From a candidate division WWE3 bacterium (GTDB lineage Bacteria; Patescibacteriota; WWE3; UBA101185; UBA10185), in the NCBI GenBank assembly GCA_003599255.1, contig QZJF01000021.1, forward strand, positions 2,287 to 66,286: a stretch of 64,000 nt of DNA. Reading direction: 5' to 3'. Each line of letters opens with the position of its first letter. Within the stretch, counting starts at the first letter, position 1. A program made the position numbers and the translations under genes. The notes below the pieces were generated by a model. It had not been told where the DNA came from. It did no database searches and saw nothing but the letters and a program-made list of their open reading frames with translations. Shown here one piece after another: positions 18,855-28,706 of the stretch.

Positions 18855-19528
18855 TATTCACCGTTAAGTAAACCATCTTTGATAATAATCTGACGTTTAG
18901 CGATTTTGGCTAAATCTTCGTCATGCGTTACCAGAATAATAGTTTTGCCCTGTTCATTTAATCTTGAAAATAAATCCGTAATTTCCCTGCCCGTTTTTGA
19001 ATCAAGATTACCTGTAGGTTCATCTGCAAAAATAATGGAAGGTTCGTTTACAAGTGCCCGGGCTATAGCAACGCGTTGTTTTTGGCCTCCGGACAATTCG
19101 TTGGACTTGTTATTCATTCTGTTTCCGAGATCCACCATATTTAGCATATCTTCTGCTTTCTTTCTCCATGTGTTTCGCGGCACATCACTATATTTAAGCG
19201 GTAGAATTACGTTATCGAGTGCTGATGTTCGCGGAAGCAGATTAAAAGACTGAAATACAAATCCAATTTCTTTATTTCTAATTCTCGCAAGATCCTTCTC
19301 CTTGTAATTTGTAACATTAATTTCGTTCATTATTACTTCTCCGGAAGTCGGCGTATCCAAGAGTCCCATAATATGCATTAATGTTGATTTCCCGGAGCCT
19401 GATTTACCTACTATTGCTAAAAACTCTCCCTTATTTACCTCTACAGATACACCTCTTAAAGCTTGTATTTTAACATCACCAAGATCATATTCTTTGACAA
19501 CATTTATTGTTTTTAATAAAGGTGGCAT
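18854..19528 (-). CDS. ABC transporter ATP-binding protein
   Basis: [21 protein letters not shown]. Confidence 0.95.
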   Translation of the reverse strand: MPPLLKTINVVKEYDLGDVKIQALRGVSVEVNKGEFLAIVGKSGSGKSTLMHIMGLLDTPTSGEVIMNEINVTNYKEKDLARIRNKEIGFVFQSFNLLPRTSALDNVILPLKYSDVPRNTWRKKAEDMLNMVDLGNRMNNKSNELSGGQKQRVAIARALVNEPSIIFADEPTGNLDSKTGREITDLFSRLNEQGKTIILVTHDEDLAKIAKRQIIIKDGLLNGE

Positions 19529-19537
19529 AAGAAGTGT

Positions 19538-20599
19538 TTAATTGGGTACTATAGCCGCTTTGTAACCTTCGGCAAGCTCAATATCCTGATTCAGACCTAT
19601 CACAATAGGAAACTCAGGGGAGCTCTTAATTTCTGTGTATATATCACCTTCAAGTCCTATTTCAACGGGATACTTTGAAAGGTAACCATTCCTAACAACC
19701 CATACAAAAGGTCTATCTTCCTCGTCATAGAAAACTTCATCATAATATAGCGATGGAACTTCCTGAGATGTAGTATCAACAACAATTTTTGCGTCTCCCG
19801 TTAAACCTAATGAAGGTAAAAATTCACCACTTTCTTCAAACTCAATTTTTACAGTAAAGTCTCCAATATCACCGGCATATAAGGATAGTTCTGACACTGT
19901 TCCTTGGAATTTTCTGTTTCCATAAGCGTCCAAACTTATTTCTGTACTCTGTCCTATTTTTAAAGATCCATAGTCCTCCTGGTCAACATTAATTTCAAAG
20001 TATAAATCCTCTAAATTCGACATCTTTATAATTGCTTCGCCAGTTGCCGCTGTTTCTCCTACTTCTTTTGTAATGTCCACAACAGTGCCTGTAAAAGGCG
20101 CTGTTATATAATAATTTTGAAATCTGGCCAACTCTGCCTGATATGAAGCCTCGGCCTGGCTAACTTCTTCGTTGTACTGTCTTAGCCTGATCTCGTATTG
20201 ATCACTGCCCCCTAGTGTTTTCTCATTTGTCTCACGGTCGGATACAAATAAATCCCTCTTTCTCAAAACGATATCGCGTGCATCCCTGACCGCTTGAGTT
20301 GATTGGTATTGTATGGAACTTTCTAAATATGCAAGTATTTGCCCTTGGGTTACTTTCTCCCCTTCTTTTACTGTTATTTGAGAAATGACTTGCGTGGAGG
20401 GAAAGGATAGGTTAACTGTGCTTTTTGATTTTATTGCACCGCTAGCAGAAACTGTTTTGTTCACAACGCGATTTTCAATTTTTGTTTCTTTAACCTGTAG
20501 TGATTTTACTTTGGGAGATGTAAAATACCTTACAGCCAAAACCAAAACTAAAACAACAATTAAAATTAATATGTAACTTCTTTTTATCTTCATATCCAA
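19538..20599 (-). CDS. MacA-like periplasmic adaptor
   Basis: N-terminal TM, VKEGEKVTQGQ, ITAPFTGTV; start may be 20593. Confidence 0.9.
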   Translation of the reverse strand: MDMKIKRSYILILIVVLVLVLAVRYFTSPKVKSLQVKETKIENRVVNKTVSASGAIKSKSTVNLSFPSTQVISQITVKEGEKVTQGQILAYLESSIQYQSTQAVRDARDIVLRKRDLFVSDRETNEKTLGGSDQYEIRLRQYNEEVSQAEASYQAELARFQNYYITAPFTGTVVDITKEVGETAATGEAIIKMSNLEDLYFEINVDQEDYGSLKIGQSTEISLDAYGNRKFQGTVSELSLYAGDIGDFTVKIEFEESGEFLPSLGLTGDAKIVVDTTSQEVPSLYYDEVFYDEEDRPFVWVVRNGYLSKYPVEIGLEGDIYTEIKSSPEFPIVIGLNQDIELAEGYKAAIVPN

Positions 20600-20672
20600 A
20601 TGTATACTATAACATAATACACTGTCACTTCGATCTATGGTATAACAAATTGAAGTCGAGTATAGTAAATAT

Positions 20673-21047
20673 ATGAAACAAATTTTAAATTCTCATCACC
20701 CGGTAAGACACGCCAAAAGCTTTAAATACGCCTTTGAAGGAATATTTCATGCTTTACTTAATGAGGCTAATTTCAGAATCCAAGTGCTGATAGCTGTAAT
20801 ATCAGTGATCGCGGGAATTCACTTTAATATATCAAACACGGAATGGGGTCTACTCACTATTTCGATGGGTTTTCTTCTATCAGCTGAGATGCTTAACACC
20901 GTTGTTGAAGAATTTATTGACAACATAGTAAAAGAAGAAAATGTTGGAATGAAAATAATCAAGGATTGTGCTGCAGGGTTTGTGCTTATAACGGCTATAA
21001 CCGTAGCGTTAATCTTATTTTTGATTTTTGGTCATCGACTTGTGTAG
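20673..21047 (+). CDS. dgkA: Diacylglycerol/undecaprenol kinase
   Basis: SFKYAFEG, EANFR, EMLNTVVE, KDCAAG. Confidence 0.9.
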   Translation: MKQILNSHHPVRHAKSFKYAFEGIFHALLNEANFRIQVLIAVISVIAGIHFNISNTEWGLLTISMGFLLSAEMLNTVVEEFIDNIVKEENVGMKIIKDCAAGFVLITAITVALILFLIFGHRLV

Positions 21048-21536
21048 TCTTATATCAAGATAAATCAGGATAACAAGATAGACTGCGCCAAATAAATATC
21101 CGCCTATAGCATCAGATACCCAATGTTCTCCTAGAACCACACGGGACACTCCCACAAGCGATATGAAATAGATTGAAAATAATACAATAAAAAATCGAAC
21201 AAATTTGTCAATTCCCGGATTTCTGAGCGTGATGTACAAAAGGTAACCAAAAAACACTGTATAAACGACAACGTGAGAGCTTGGAAAGCTAAATTTATTA
21301 ATCAAATCAGTGTAGGAGGCTGTATCTGGCCTGTGTATTTGAAACAAATGCTTAAGTATTACTGAGTATGGATAACTTAACAGAGAGACCAAAACTAGTA
21401 GACCTTCATTAATTTTTTTAATCTTTAACAAAAAAGCCGATAACAAGAGCGCTAGGGGAACCATGAATAGCAAAGATTCGCCGAAATTACTAATAAATCT
21501 AAGTTGTAAATAAATGAAATTGTTGATCGACTCCAT
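21015..21536 (-). CDS. PAP2-family phosphatase
   Basis: K.....HRP, SFPSSH, SRVVLGEHWVSD. Confidence 0.9.
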   Translation of the reverse strand: MESINNFIYLQLRFISNFGESLLFMVPLALLLSAFLLKIKKINEGLLVLVSLLSYPYSVILKHLFQIHRPDTASYTDLINKFSFPSSHVVVYTVFFGYLLYITLRNPGIDKFVRFFIVLFSIYFISLVGVSRVVLGEHWVSDAIGGYLFGAVYLVILIYLDIRLHKSMTKNQK

Positions 21537-21537
21537 C

Positions 21538-23169
21538 CTAGTAACCTTGTTCTTTTAATTCATCCAAAGTACCTACCGGCATAAGATACACCGTCACCAG
21601 ATCTTTTCCAGATCGGGACAATGTATATACCGGAGGATATTTGTTAGCCCAGTATAATGCTTTTTGACTAAGAATCTCATTAGTAAAACTTTGCGGGTTT
21701 CTAATAAATACAAAGAAACCGGCCTTATTGGTGTCTTTAGTTAATTTTATATGGTGCCTCGCAATAGATTCTCTTTCATTTGTAGAATATGCAGGTATTT
21801 CATCGTGTTCTCTTATGAAGTCACCTATGCTTTCCCAGTCTCTATAGTAAGGAAACCCGAACATACTTAAGTGGTATATAGGTGTAGGTTTAGGAAATGT
21901 CCAGATATAGAATTTCTCTGGTTCCCACGGATATTCGACATTGTTATCTACAAATATTGCGTAAGACTGTAAAGCTACAAACACCAAAACGATTGAAAGT
22001 ACTATATCCTTTACGGTTACCAAGGGTATGAATTTAATTTTTTCGGATACAGACACGGCAACTTTTTCTATGAAGGAAGTTCCTACGCCGAGAAAGACGA
22101 ATAGCGGCATCAGATATGTATAGATATGAGTGCCGGGAATATACACAATTTTCTCCCACACGAAAATTCCTACGAAAAACCATAAAAAAACTGGCCACAA
22201 TATTTTTTTGTATCCGGATGCAAGAAAAAGCTCATCTAAGGTGTGCAAAAAACGGACTATATTTTTGCTTTTTGGGTTTTTGTGAAGCAGATACTTCACT
22301 TTTATTCTTGCAAAAAGAACGAACAGACCAGAAATGGCTAGTAATGTATAAATGTGAATAACATAAATCGGCTGATAAACTGTAAATAAATATACACTGC
22401 TGGACAACTTGGAAGAGACACTTCCCGACAATCTTCCTTCCCAATACTCATAAGTAGATTCCGAAATGGAAAATACAAATGGAATGTAAAAAACAGCTAG
22501 CAATAAAGTAAATAGCAAACCCGATAGAAGTATGTGCTTAATCTTTACTTTTAACTTAATATTTAAGCTTTCATCTTTAACCCAAGTAAATAAATAAAAG
22601 AAAAAAACAGGAAAAATAAATAAACCGTCATAATGAGCTAGTACCGATAGTGACCATGAAACAAAAGCTAAATACATCCCTGAAATCTTGAACCTGTCTT
22701 CTTTATTTGCCAAAACTATAAAATACAAAGCCAACACCGAAAATAAAATGACTAGCGATTGATACTGAACTATTCTTGAGAATGCAATGAAGAAACCGTT
22801 AGTTGCAAAGAAGAAAGCGGCAAAAAGAGCTACTTTTGAATTTATGAGCTGTTCCACTAGCTTGTAAAAAAAATAAACGGATAAAAATCCTGCGATTGCA
22901 AAAGGAAGTCTTATCAGAAACTGATTTGTATAAATCGGGTCAAGAAATTTAAGCAAAAAGGTGACTATGAATTGAAGCGGTCCTTTTCTTTGATCCATCA
23001 AAAATGAAAAGCCATTTTGACCCGGATCGGGAAGAAAAAGAGCTTTAATCTCATCCCCTTGGAAGTCTGAATACCCCAAATTAATAAGTCTTAATATAAA
23101 GGCAACAAACAGGATACTTATAAGGGGTAAATTATATTTTTTACTAAAAAAGTCTTTAATACCTTTCAT
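21538..23169 (-). CDS. ArnT/PMT-like (GT-C) membrane glycosyltransferase
   Basis: DE motif in first loop (QGDE), RLPFA, FSRIVQY, many TM segments. Confidence 0.8.
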   Translation of the reverse strand: MKGIKDFFSKKYNLPLISILFVAFILRLINLGYSDFQGDEIKALFLPDPGQNGFSFLMDQRKGPLQFIVTFLLKFLDPIYTNQFLIRLPFAIAGFLSVYFFYKLVEQLINSKVALFAAFFFATNGFFIAFSRIVQYQSLVILFSVLALYFIVLANKEDRFKISGMYLAFVSWSLSVLAHYDGLFIFPVFFFYLFTWVKDESLNIKLKVKIKHILLSGLLFTLLLAVFYIPFVFSISESTYEYWEGRLSGSVSSKLSSSVYLFTVYQPIYVIHIYTLLAISGLFVLFARIKVKYLLHKNPKSKNIVRFLHTLDELFLASGYKKILWPVFLWFFVGIFVWEKIVYIPGTHIYTYLMPLFVFLGVGTSFIEKVAVSVSEKIKFIPLVTVKDIVLSIVLVFVALQSYAIFVDNNVEYPWEPEKFYIWTFPKPTPIYHLSMFGFPYYRDWESIGDFIREHDEIPAYSTNERESIARHHIKLTKDTNKAGFFVFIRNPQSFTNEILSQKALYWANKYPPVYTLSRSGKDLVTVYLMPVGTLDELKEQGY

Positions 23170-25211
23170 TTTACACCGTAAACATGAAGCTCATTCATCG
23201 CACGGGTGATAGCCACAAAAGCTCTGCGTGCTTCCCTATAATTATGGATTTTATTTAAATTTAAGTCCAGTACGTGAACCTTTGAAAACTCCAGTCCCTT
23301 GCAATCCAAAGCAGACATTATATAAATTCCCTTTGGGATATAGCTAATTGTTTTTCTGCTGTCTAATCTTATGAGAAGCTCTCGCTTTACACCCATTTTC
23401 AATAAGAGTTGCTCTAACACTTCTACCTTGCTCTCATCAAAGCATATAATACCAATACTTTTGTCAATGTCTTTGATTTCTGTTGAAAGCACATCCATAA
23501 AATGACTTAACATGGCCTCCTGTTTTGAAAATAATGTTATTTCGGGCATATTACCTTCTCTGTTAATCGATTTGGGAAGGTACTCATCTGTGAATGGTGA
23601 TAATACTTTGTTAGCTAAATCAATTATTTGTCTTGTGCTTCGATAATTTGTCTTCAGTTCAAATGTTTTAGCTTCTTTAGCTTCTGTGATAACACTCTTT
23701 ATGTTTTTCCAGTTATCTATGCCATCGTCTTCCAAAGATTGGTTCAAATCGCCAAAAATTCCAAATCTGCCTCTAAGAACAAAATTGTTTAGAACTGCAT
23801 ATTCCAGGAGACTAAAATCCTGACCTTCATCCACGACGCAATATTCGTAAACCTGAACTTTTGAGAATCCCATAAGCTGTGAATACAAATAAACATACAA
23901 TAAAGTTTGATAATAGGACAAAATCTCACTTTCGGATATTTTCAGATCTTTCAGGAGCCTTTTAAATATATGATGCTTGACTTCTTCCTTAATTTTGGAA
24001 ACTTTCCTAATAGCACGTCTGAGATTTTTTATATTTTCTTTATAAAATAAAACTCTAATTGATTTCGGGTTGTCTTTTAAAAGCTCGGTCTGGTTGTCCA
24101 ATTCCTCGTTAAGATCAGCGATAATTTCATTCAAATTCTCGTATGGGGATTGTAGAGTCGAATATTTATAACCTCCAAATGACTCCAAATCCGGGTCATT
24201 GAAAATATCGTTAATTCTGTTTTGAACTGATGTGTGAACCATCGAAAGTTTTTTTTGGACGGACTCAAGTTCTTTATTGTCAAACCTAGATGTATCCTGT
24301 TCAAAATCAAGATCAACTTTTATGTTTAGTTCTTCACGGAATATTACATTAACAACCATGTCCCTAAGTGTTTTGTAATTAATATCAAATATTCCGAGTT
24401 TAGGAAAAAGAGTCGATAAATAACCGACTAAAATTTGATTCTTAGCCACCAGTACAGCTCTCTCAGGTCTGATATAGTTAGGATAATTAAAAAATATATG
24501 TGAAAGTTTATGAATTGCCACCGTACTTTTCCCACTCCCAACGCATCCCTGCACAATACAAACCTGTCTTGGATCGGATTCAATAATATCTAGTTGATCG
24601 TTTTGGATAGTTGCAATTATATCTTCCAGTACTCCGCCTGTTCTTCCTTTTATCTTTTCGACAATAATCTCATTTTCATCAAACTGTATATCATTGTTGT
24701 AATACTTAACCAGTTCCCCTTTGTTTATTTCAAAAGTTCGTTTAAGGGTCAAATCTTTTACAACCCTACCCTCTGGAGTCTCGTATTCAACATTTTTCTG
24801 CGGATATCTGTATTTGTAATATACCGATGCAATCTTTGCTCTCCAATCAGTGATTATCGGTTTATCTTCGGTATAGCCGAATTTCCCTATATAAACAGTT
24901 TCTTTAACATTTTCATCGTGATTCATCAGATCAATTCTGGCAAAGTAAGGTTCGCTCTCCAGATAACTTAATTCCTCTAGTCTCTGATATTTATCTTTGT
25001 AATTAAATGTGGCATTTTTCTCGTGGAGCTGTTCCAATAATATTTGAAAATCAAAACCCATTTCCGGGTTTTCCCTAAGCTCTCTAAGTCTCTCCAAAGT
25101 TCCGCTGCTTACTCTTTCTATAGACTTTCTTAAGTAATCTTTTGCATCTTTTATTTTGTTAAGAACGTTATTTAATTGTGATTTCTCTTGTTTCATTTCA
25201 TTTAAGTCCAT
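23166..25211 (-). CDS. helD: HelD-like SF1 helicase/ATPase
   Basis: PYFARID, DWRA, GCVGSGKS, DEGQD, GDLNQ, NYRST, KGLEF, VAITRA. Confidence 0.8.
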   Translation of the reverse strand: MDLNEMKQEKSQLNNVLNKIKDAKDYLRKSIERVSSGTLERLRELRENPEMGFDFQILLEQLHEKNATFNYKDKYQRLEELSYLESEPYFARIDLMNHDENVKETVYIGKFGYTEDKPIITDWRAKIASVYYKYRYPQKNVEYETPEGRVVKDLTLKRTFEINKGELVKYYNNDIQFDENEIIVEKIKGRTGGVLEDIIATIQNDQLDIIESDPRQVCIVQGCVGSGKSTVAIHKLSHIFFNYPNYIRPERAVLVAKNQILVGYLSTLFPKLGIFDINYKTLRDMVVNVIFREELNIKVDLDFEQDTSRFDNKELESVQKKLSMVHTSVQNRINDIFNDPDLESFGGYKYSTLQSPYENLNEIIADLNEELDNQTELLKDNPKSIRVLFYKENIKNLRRAIRKVSKIKEEVKHHIFKRLLKDLKISESEILSYYQTLLYVYLYSQLMGFSKVQVYEYCVVDEGQDFSLLEYAVLNNFVLRGRFGIFGDLNQSLEDDGIDNWKNIKSVITEAKEAKTFELKTNYRSTRQIIDLANKVLSPFTDEYLPKSINREGNMPEITLFSKQEAMLSHFMDVLSTEIKDIDKSIGIICFDESKVEVLEQLLLKMGVKRELLIRLDSRKTISYIPKGIYIMSALDCKGLEFSKVHVLDLNLNKIHNYREARRAFVAITRAMNELHVYGVK

Positions 25212-25893
25212 ATGTAAACCCTTTCTTAGCTACCATTACAATGTATTCCCCTTTCGGTTTTAACTCCGCTTTTTTTTCTAAAACCGACGCAACATGTCCT
25301 CTTGTAATTTTTTCGTGAAGTTTAGTTAAATCATTTACAACACATACATATCTATCACCCAAAGTTCCGTAAATTTCTTCTAGAAGTTTTACAACTCTAA
25401 AGGGCGACTCAAAAATTATCAATGTAGACTCAAGAGTTCCGTACGCTAAGAGTAATTCTTTCCGCGCAGCCAAACTTTTAGGCAAAAAACCAAGAAATGT
25501 AAACTTATCAGTCGGAAGTCCGCTTATGGATAGTGCGGCAATAACTGAGGACGGGCCGGGTATTGAAATTACTTCGAAATCTTTGATCACTAGTTCCCTC
25601 ACCAGATTAAATCCGGGATCGGATATCAGAGGGGTGCCGCTGTCCGAAATTAAGGCAAGATCTTTACCATTCTCTAGCATTTTCAATATTTCCGGTAGAA
25701 TCCGTTTGTGATTTTGATCTCTATAAGATATTTGCGGCTTTTCAAGATGCAGATATTTAAGCAATTTATCGGTCTCTCTCGTATCTTCCGATAAAAGCAT
25801 AGCCGCATCTTTCAAAACTTCCGTTGCTCTATAAGTCACATCCCCCAGATTACCTATAGGGGAAGCAACAATGTATAATTTACCTCTGGTCAT
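25198..25893 (-). CDS. rsmI: 16S rRNA C1402 2'-O-methyltransferase
   Basis: LYIVASPIGNL, EDTR, SDSGTPLISDPG, FESPFR. Confidence 0.95.
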   Translation of the reverse strand: MTRGKLYIVASPIGNLGDVTYRATEVLKDAAMLLSEDTRETDKLLKYLHLEKPQISYRDQNHKRILPEILKMLENGKDLALISDSGTPLISDPGFNLVRELVIKDFEVISIPGPSSVIAALSISGLPTDKFTFLGFLPKSLAARKELLLAYGTLESTLIIFESPFRVVKLLEEIYGTLGDRYVCVVNDLTKLHEKITRGHVASVLEKKAELKPKGEYIVMVAKKGFTYGLK

Positions 25894-25900
25894 GGTATAG

Positions 25901-27010
25901 ATGTATTCAATTTACTATTTTACCATGACAAAGGGAAAAAATGACTTTATGCAGTTAAAACTAAGAAAACACATTCTGGACTTGCCCGTTTTCTTTCCTG
26001 ATGCAACTCATGCGGTGATCAGAGGAATGTCTCCGGACGATTTAATTGGAACAAATACACAAGGCCTTGTTGTAAATACATTTCATTTTTTAGTTGATGG
26101 CATTATAGATGTTGTGGAAAAATCAGGAGGTGTAAGTAGTTTTATGAATGTTAATCTACCTGTTATATCGGACTCGGGGGGTTTTCAGGCCATGTCGTTG
26201 GTCAGAAGAGGCAACAATGGCGGCAAATTAACAGATAATGGCGTAGTTTTTAAAAATTTTAAAAACGGGAGCTATCTAGAACTAACTCCGGAAAACTGCA
26301 TTGAAACACAACTTAAAATCGGCAGTGATATATTGATGTGTCTTGATGACTGTACGGATCCGCATGAAAACATAATTGAACAGGAAAAATCCATAGAAAG
26401 AACTATTAAGTGGGCAAAAAGATGCAGAGCCCGTTTTGACGAACTTACTGGCACAATGGAAAAAGCGAAGCCTCTTCTCTTTGCCATTATTCAGGGCGGC
26501 AACCATCAGGAATTAAGAAAACAATGTGCCGATGAACTGATAAAGTTGAATTTTGATGGTTACGCGTACGGTGGTTGGCCTATGTTCGAGGGGACGTTTA
26601 TGGAGGATATTTTAAGATTCACGGCATATCTCATGCCCGACGACAAACCAAAATATGCAATGGGTGTTGGAAAACCTGAAGATGTAAGAAAAGGAATAGA
26701 TATGGGATATAACATGTTCGATTGTGTTTTGCCCACAAGGGACGCGCGACATGGAAGGTTGTATGTTTGGAAAGATGCAAAAAATGGAACTCAAATGGAA
26801 TATGAATTCCTGGCAATAGGTTCAGGGCAAAACAAACACGATTTGCGACCGGTGTCGGATGAATGCCGGTGTATAACCTGTCAAAAATACACCCGTGCGT
26901 ATTTACACCACCTTTTTAAAATCAGCGAGCCATCGTACTATCGATTAGCTACTATTCACAATCTGTTCTTCTACGCAGACTACATGAATCACATCTCTTT
27001 GGGAGACTGA
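25901..27010 (+). CDS. tgt: tRNA-guanine transglycosylase
   Basis: DSGGFQ, IQGG, DCVLPTR, CRCITC...H zinc site; start may be 25925 or 25949. Confidence 0.95.
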   Translation: MYSIYYFTMTKGKNDFMQLKLRKHILDLPVFFPDATHAVIRGMSPDDLIGTNTQGLVVNTFHFLVDGIIDVVEKSGGVSSFMNVNLPVISDSGGFQAMSLVRRGNNGGKLTDNGVVFKNFKNGSYLELTPENCIETQLKIGSDILMCLDDCTDPHENIIEQEKSIERTIKWAKRCRARFDELTGTMEKAKPLLFAIIQGGNHQELRKQCADELIKLNFDGYAYGGWPMFEGTFMEDILRFTAYLMPDDKPKYAMGVGKPEDVRKGIDMGYNMFDCVLPTRDARHGRLYVWKDAKNGTQMEYEFLAIGSGQNKHDLRPVSDECRCITCQKYTRAYLHHLFKISEPSYYRLATIHNLFFYADYMNHISLGD

Positions 27011-27939
27011 TTTGAAATATCGAGAGAATGATATTTATTATTTCCTCTACCAGCGGCACCATTTGCAATTTCTCTGGCATTTCTATCTCCATAAGGATAA
27101 ATAATAATCATGGAACTTTCCTCTTTACTCATCTCGTTTAGTATCTGAAGTTCCCTTAATCGAAGGGCATCGTTGTTTTTTCCTAACATCGCGCTAGCTT
27201 CCGCCAACTTCTGGGCTACGGCAACTTCAGTATCAGCTTGTATCTGTTTTGCTTCGGCTGCTCTTCTTTCTCTTGCTATGACCGCAAGTTCTTCTACCAG
27301 CGATTGAGGAGTATCAATATCGGTAATTCTCACCGCTCGTACATCAATTCCATATACAACTGCTCCCTGGTCAATCTGGTTTTTAAGTGATTCAGCTATC
27401 TGATCGCGTTCACTTAGGAGTTCCTTCAAATCCATGCTCCCGATAGTATTCTTCAAGGCTTCTGTTGAAAGCCAAATAACAGATTGGCGATAATTTTGTA
27501 CATCAATAATGGCTTTTCTAGGATCTTCAACCCTAAACTCCACGGCAGCAGTCACCCTAGTTGGAACGTTGTCCTTTGTTAATGTAGCGGTTGCTTCGAC
27601 CTGATGTGTTTCTATCCTGGTATCAACAATTGCCGCTACAGAATAAACAAATGGTGGAATGATAAAAAATCCCGGACCCTTGATACCTATAAATGTACCC
27701 AAACGCAAAAGGACCATTCTTTCCCATTCGGGTAATATATAGAACATTTTTGAGAAGATACCAGCCAACCAGGCATTAAAAACCAGTGTAGGTATCATCA
27801 GTGGCGTTGAGGATCTGAATATACTGTAAGAAATTACACCAACTATACTTCCCAGTATTATTGTAAATAAAATAAAAAATACTACCCATGCGACTGTCCT
27901 TATGAAAGACTGGACCGCATTTGTGCTGTTATAAAGCAT
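26989..27939 (-). CDS. SPFH/band 7 (stomatin-like) protein
   Basis: EWERMVLLRLG, LTKDNV, ALRLRELQIL. Confidence 0.9.
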   Translation of the reverse strand: MLYNSTNAVQSFIRTVAWVVFFILFTIILGSIVGVISYSIFRSSTPLMIPTLVFNAWLAGIFSKMFYILPEWERMVLLRLGTFIGIKGPGFFIIPPFVYSVAAIVDTRIETHQVEATATLTKDNVPTRVTAAVEFRVEDPRKAIIDVQNYRQSVIWLSTEALKNTIGSMDLKELLSERDQIAESLKNQIDQGAVVYGIDVRAVRITDIDTPQSLVEELAVIARERRAAEAKQIQADTEVAVAQKLAEASAMLGKNNDALRLRELQILNEMSKEESSMIIIYPYGDRNAREIANGAAGRGNNKYHSLDISNQSPKEM

Positions 27940-27955
27940 TTAACCTCCTTTAAAA

Positions 27956-28441
27956 CTAATTACTTTTAGCAAGCAAATCTATCTGCCTTTTCAAACTTGT
28001 CAATGTCGCTGAAAGCTCTCTATACCGGATAGCGCGGTTTTCGCATTCAGGTGTCCCGGAAGTATCCTCCGTATTACAATTTGCGTTCAAAAAACTTTCT
28101 GCATCCCTTTGGGCATTTTTGATTGAGTCGTACTGATTTACCAATTGAGTAATTTTTTGGTAGTCTTCATCTGAAAAACACTTGTTTATGTTCATATCCG
28201 ATCGCTTTAAGTAATAGTACCGTTCACAATTTGAAGTATTGGTAATTTTAATTGAATTCTGCTGAGTATTTGTCTTGTTTTCGAAAACTTCCATCTGATC
28301 CACAAAGGAAGTATTTAATTTAATTTTCTGAAATAAGAAAAAGCCCGGAATAGAAATAAGCAGAAATAAAATAAATAACCCGATAATAACGGAAAAAATC
28401 ACGACAACATCGGAAATACCACTAGCTCGTGTATTACTCAT
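27956..28441 (-). CDS. Membrane-anchored hypothetical protein
   Basis: N-terminal TM, four Cys in soluble part. Confidence 0.7.
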   Translation of the reverse strand: MSNTRASGISDVVVIFSVIIGLFILFLLISIPGFFLFQKIKLNTSFVDQMEVFENKTNTQQNSIKITNTSNCERYYYLKRSDMNINKCFSDEDYQKITQLVNQYDSIKNAQRDAESFLNANCNTEDTSGTPECENRAIRYRELSATLTSLKRQIDLLAKSN

Positions 28442-28486
28442 ATATATTGATGATACATTAAACTATGAAATATTAGTATATTGTGA

Positions 28487-28663
28487 TTAATGCAGTCTCT
28501 GAACCTCTTTGTGAATAGTATGTCTCTTGAGTTTAGGGTTGTACTTCTTTATCTGAAGTTTTTCGGTAGTATTGACCTTGTTTTTCTGAGTAACGTAGGA
28601 TCTCATCCCGGTCTCAGTGCATTCAAGCCCTATTAAGTTGCGATTACCTTTTTTCTTTGCCAT
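28487..28663 (-). CDS. rpmG: 50S ribosomal protein L33
   Basis: MAKKKGNR...LECTE...[27 protein letters not shown]. Confidence 0.95.
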   Translation of the reverse strand: MAKKKGNRNLIGLECTETGMRSYVTQKNKVNTTEKLQIKKYNPKLKRHTIHKEVQRLH

Positions 28664-28706
28664 CCGGTGCAATATATAATAAAATCAACTAAATTTCAAC
28701 ACTTAA

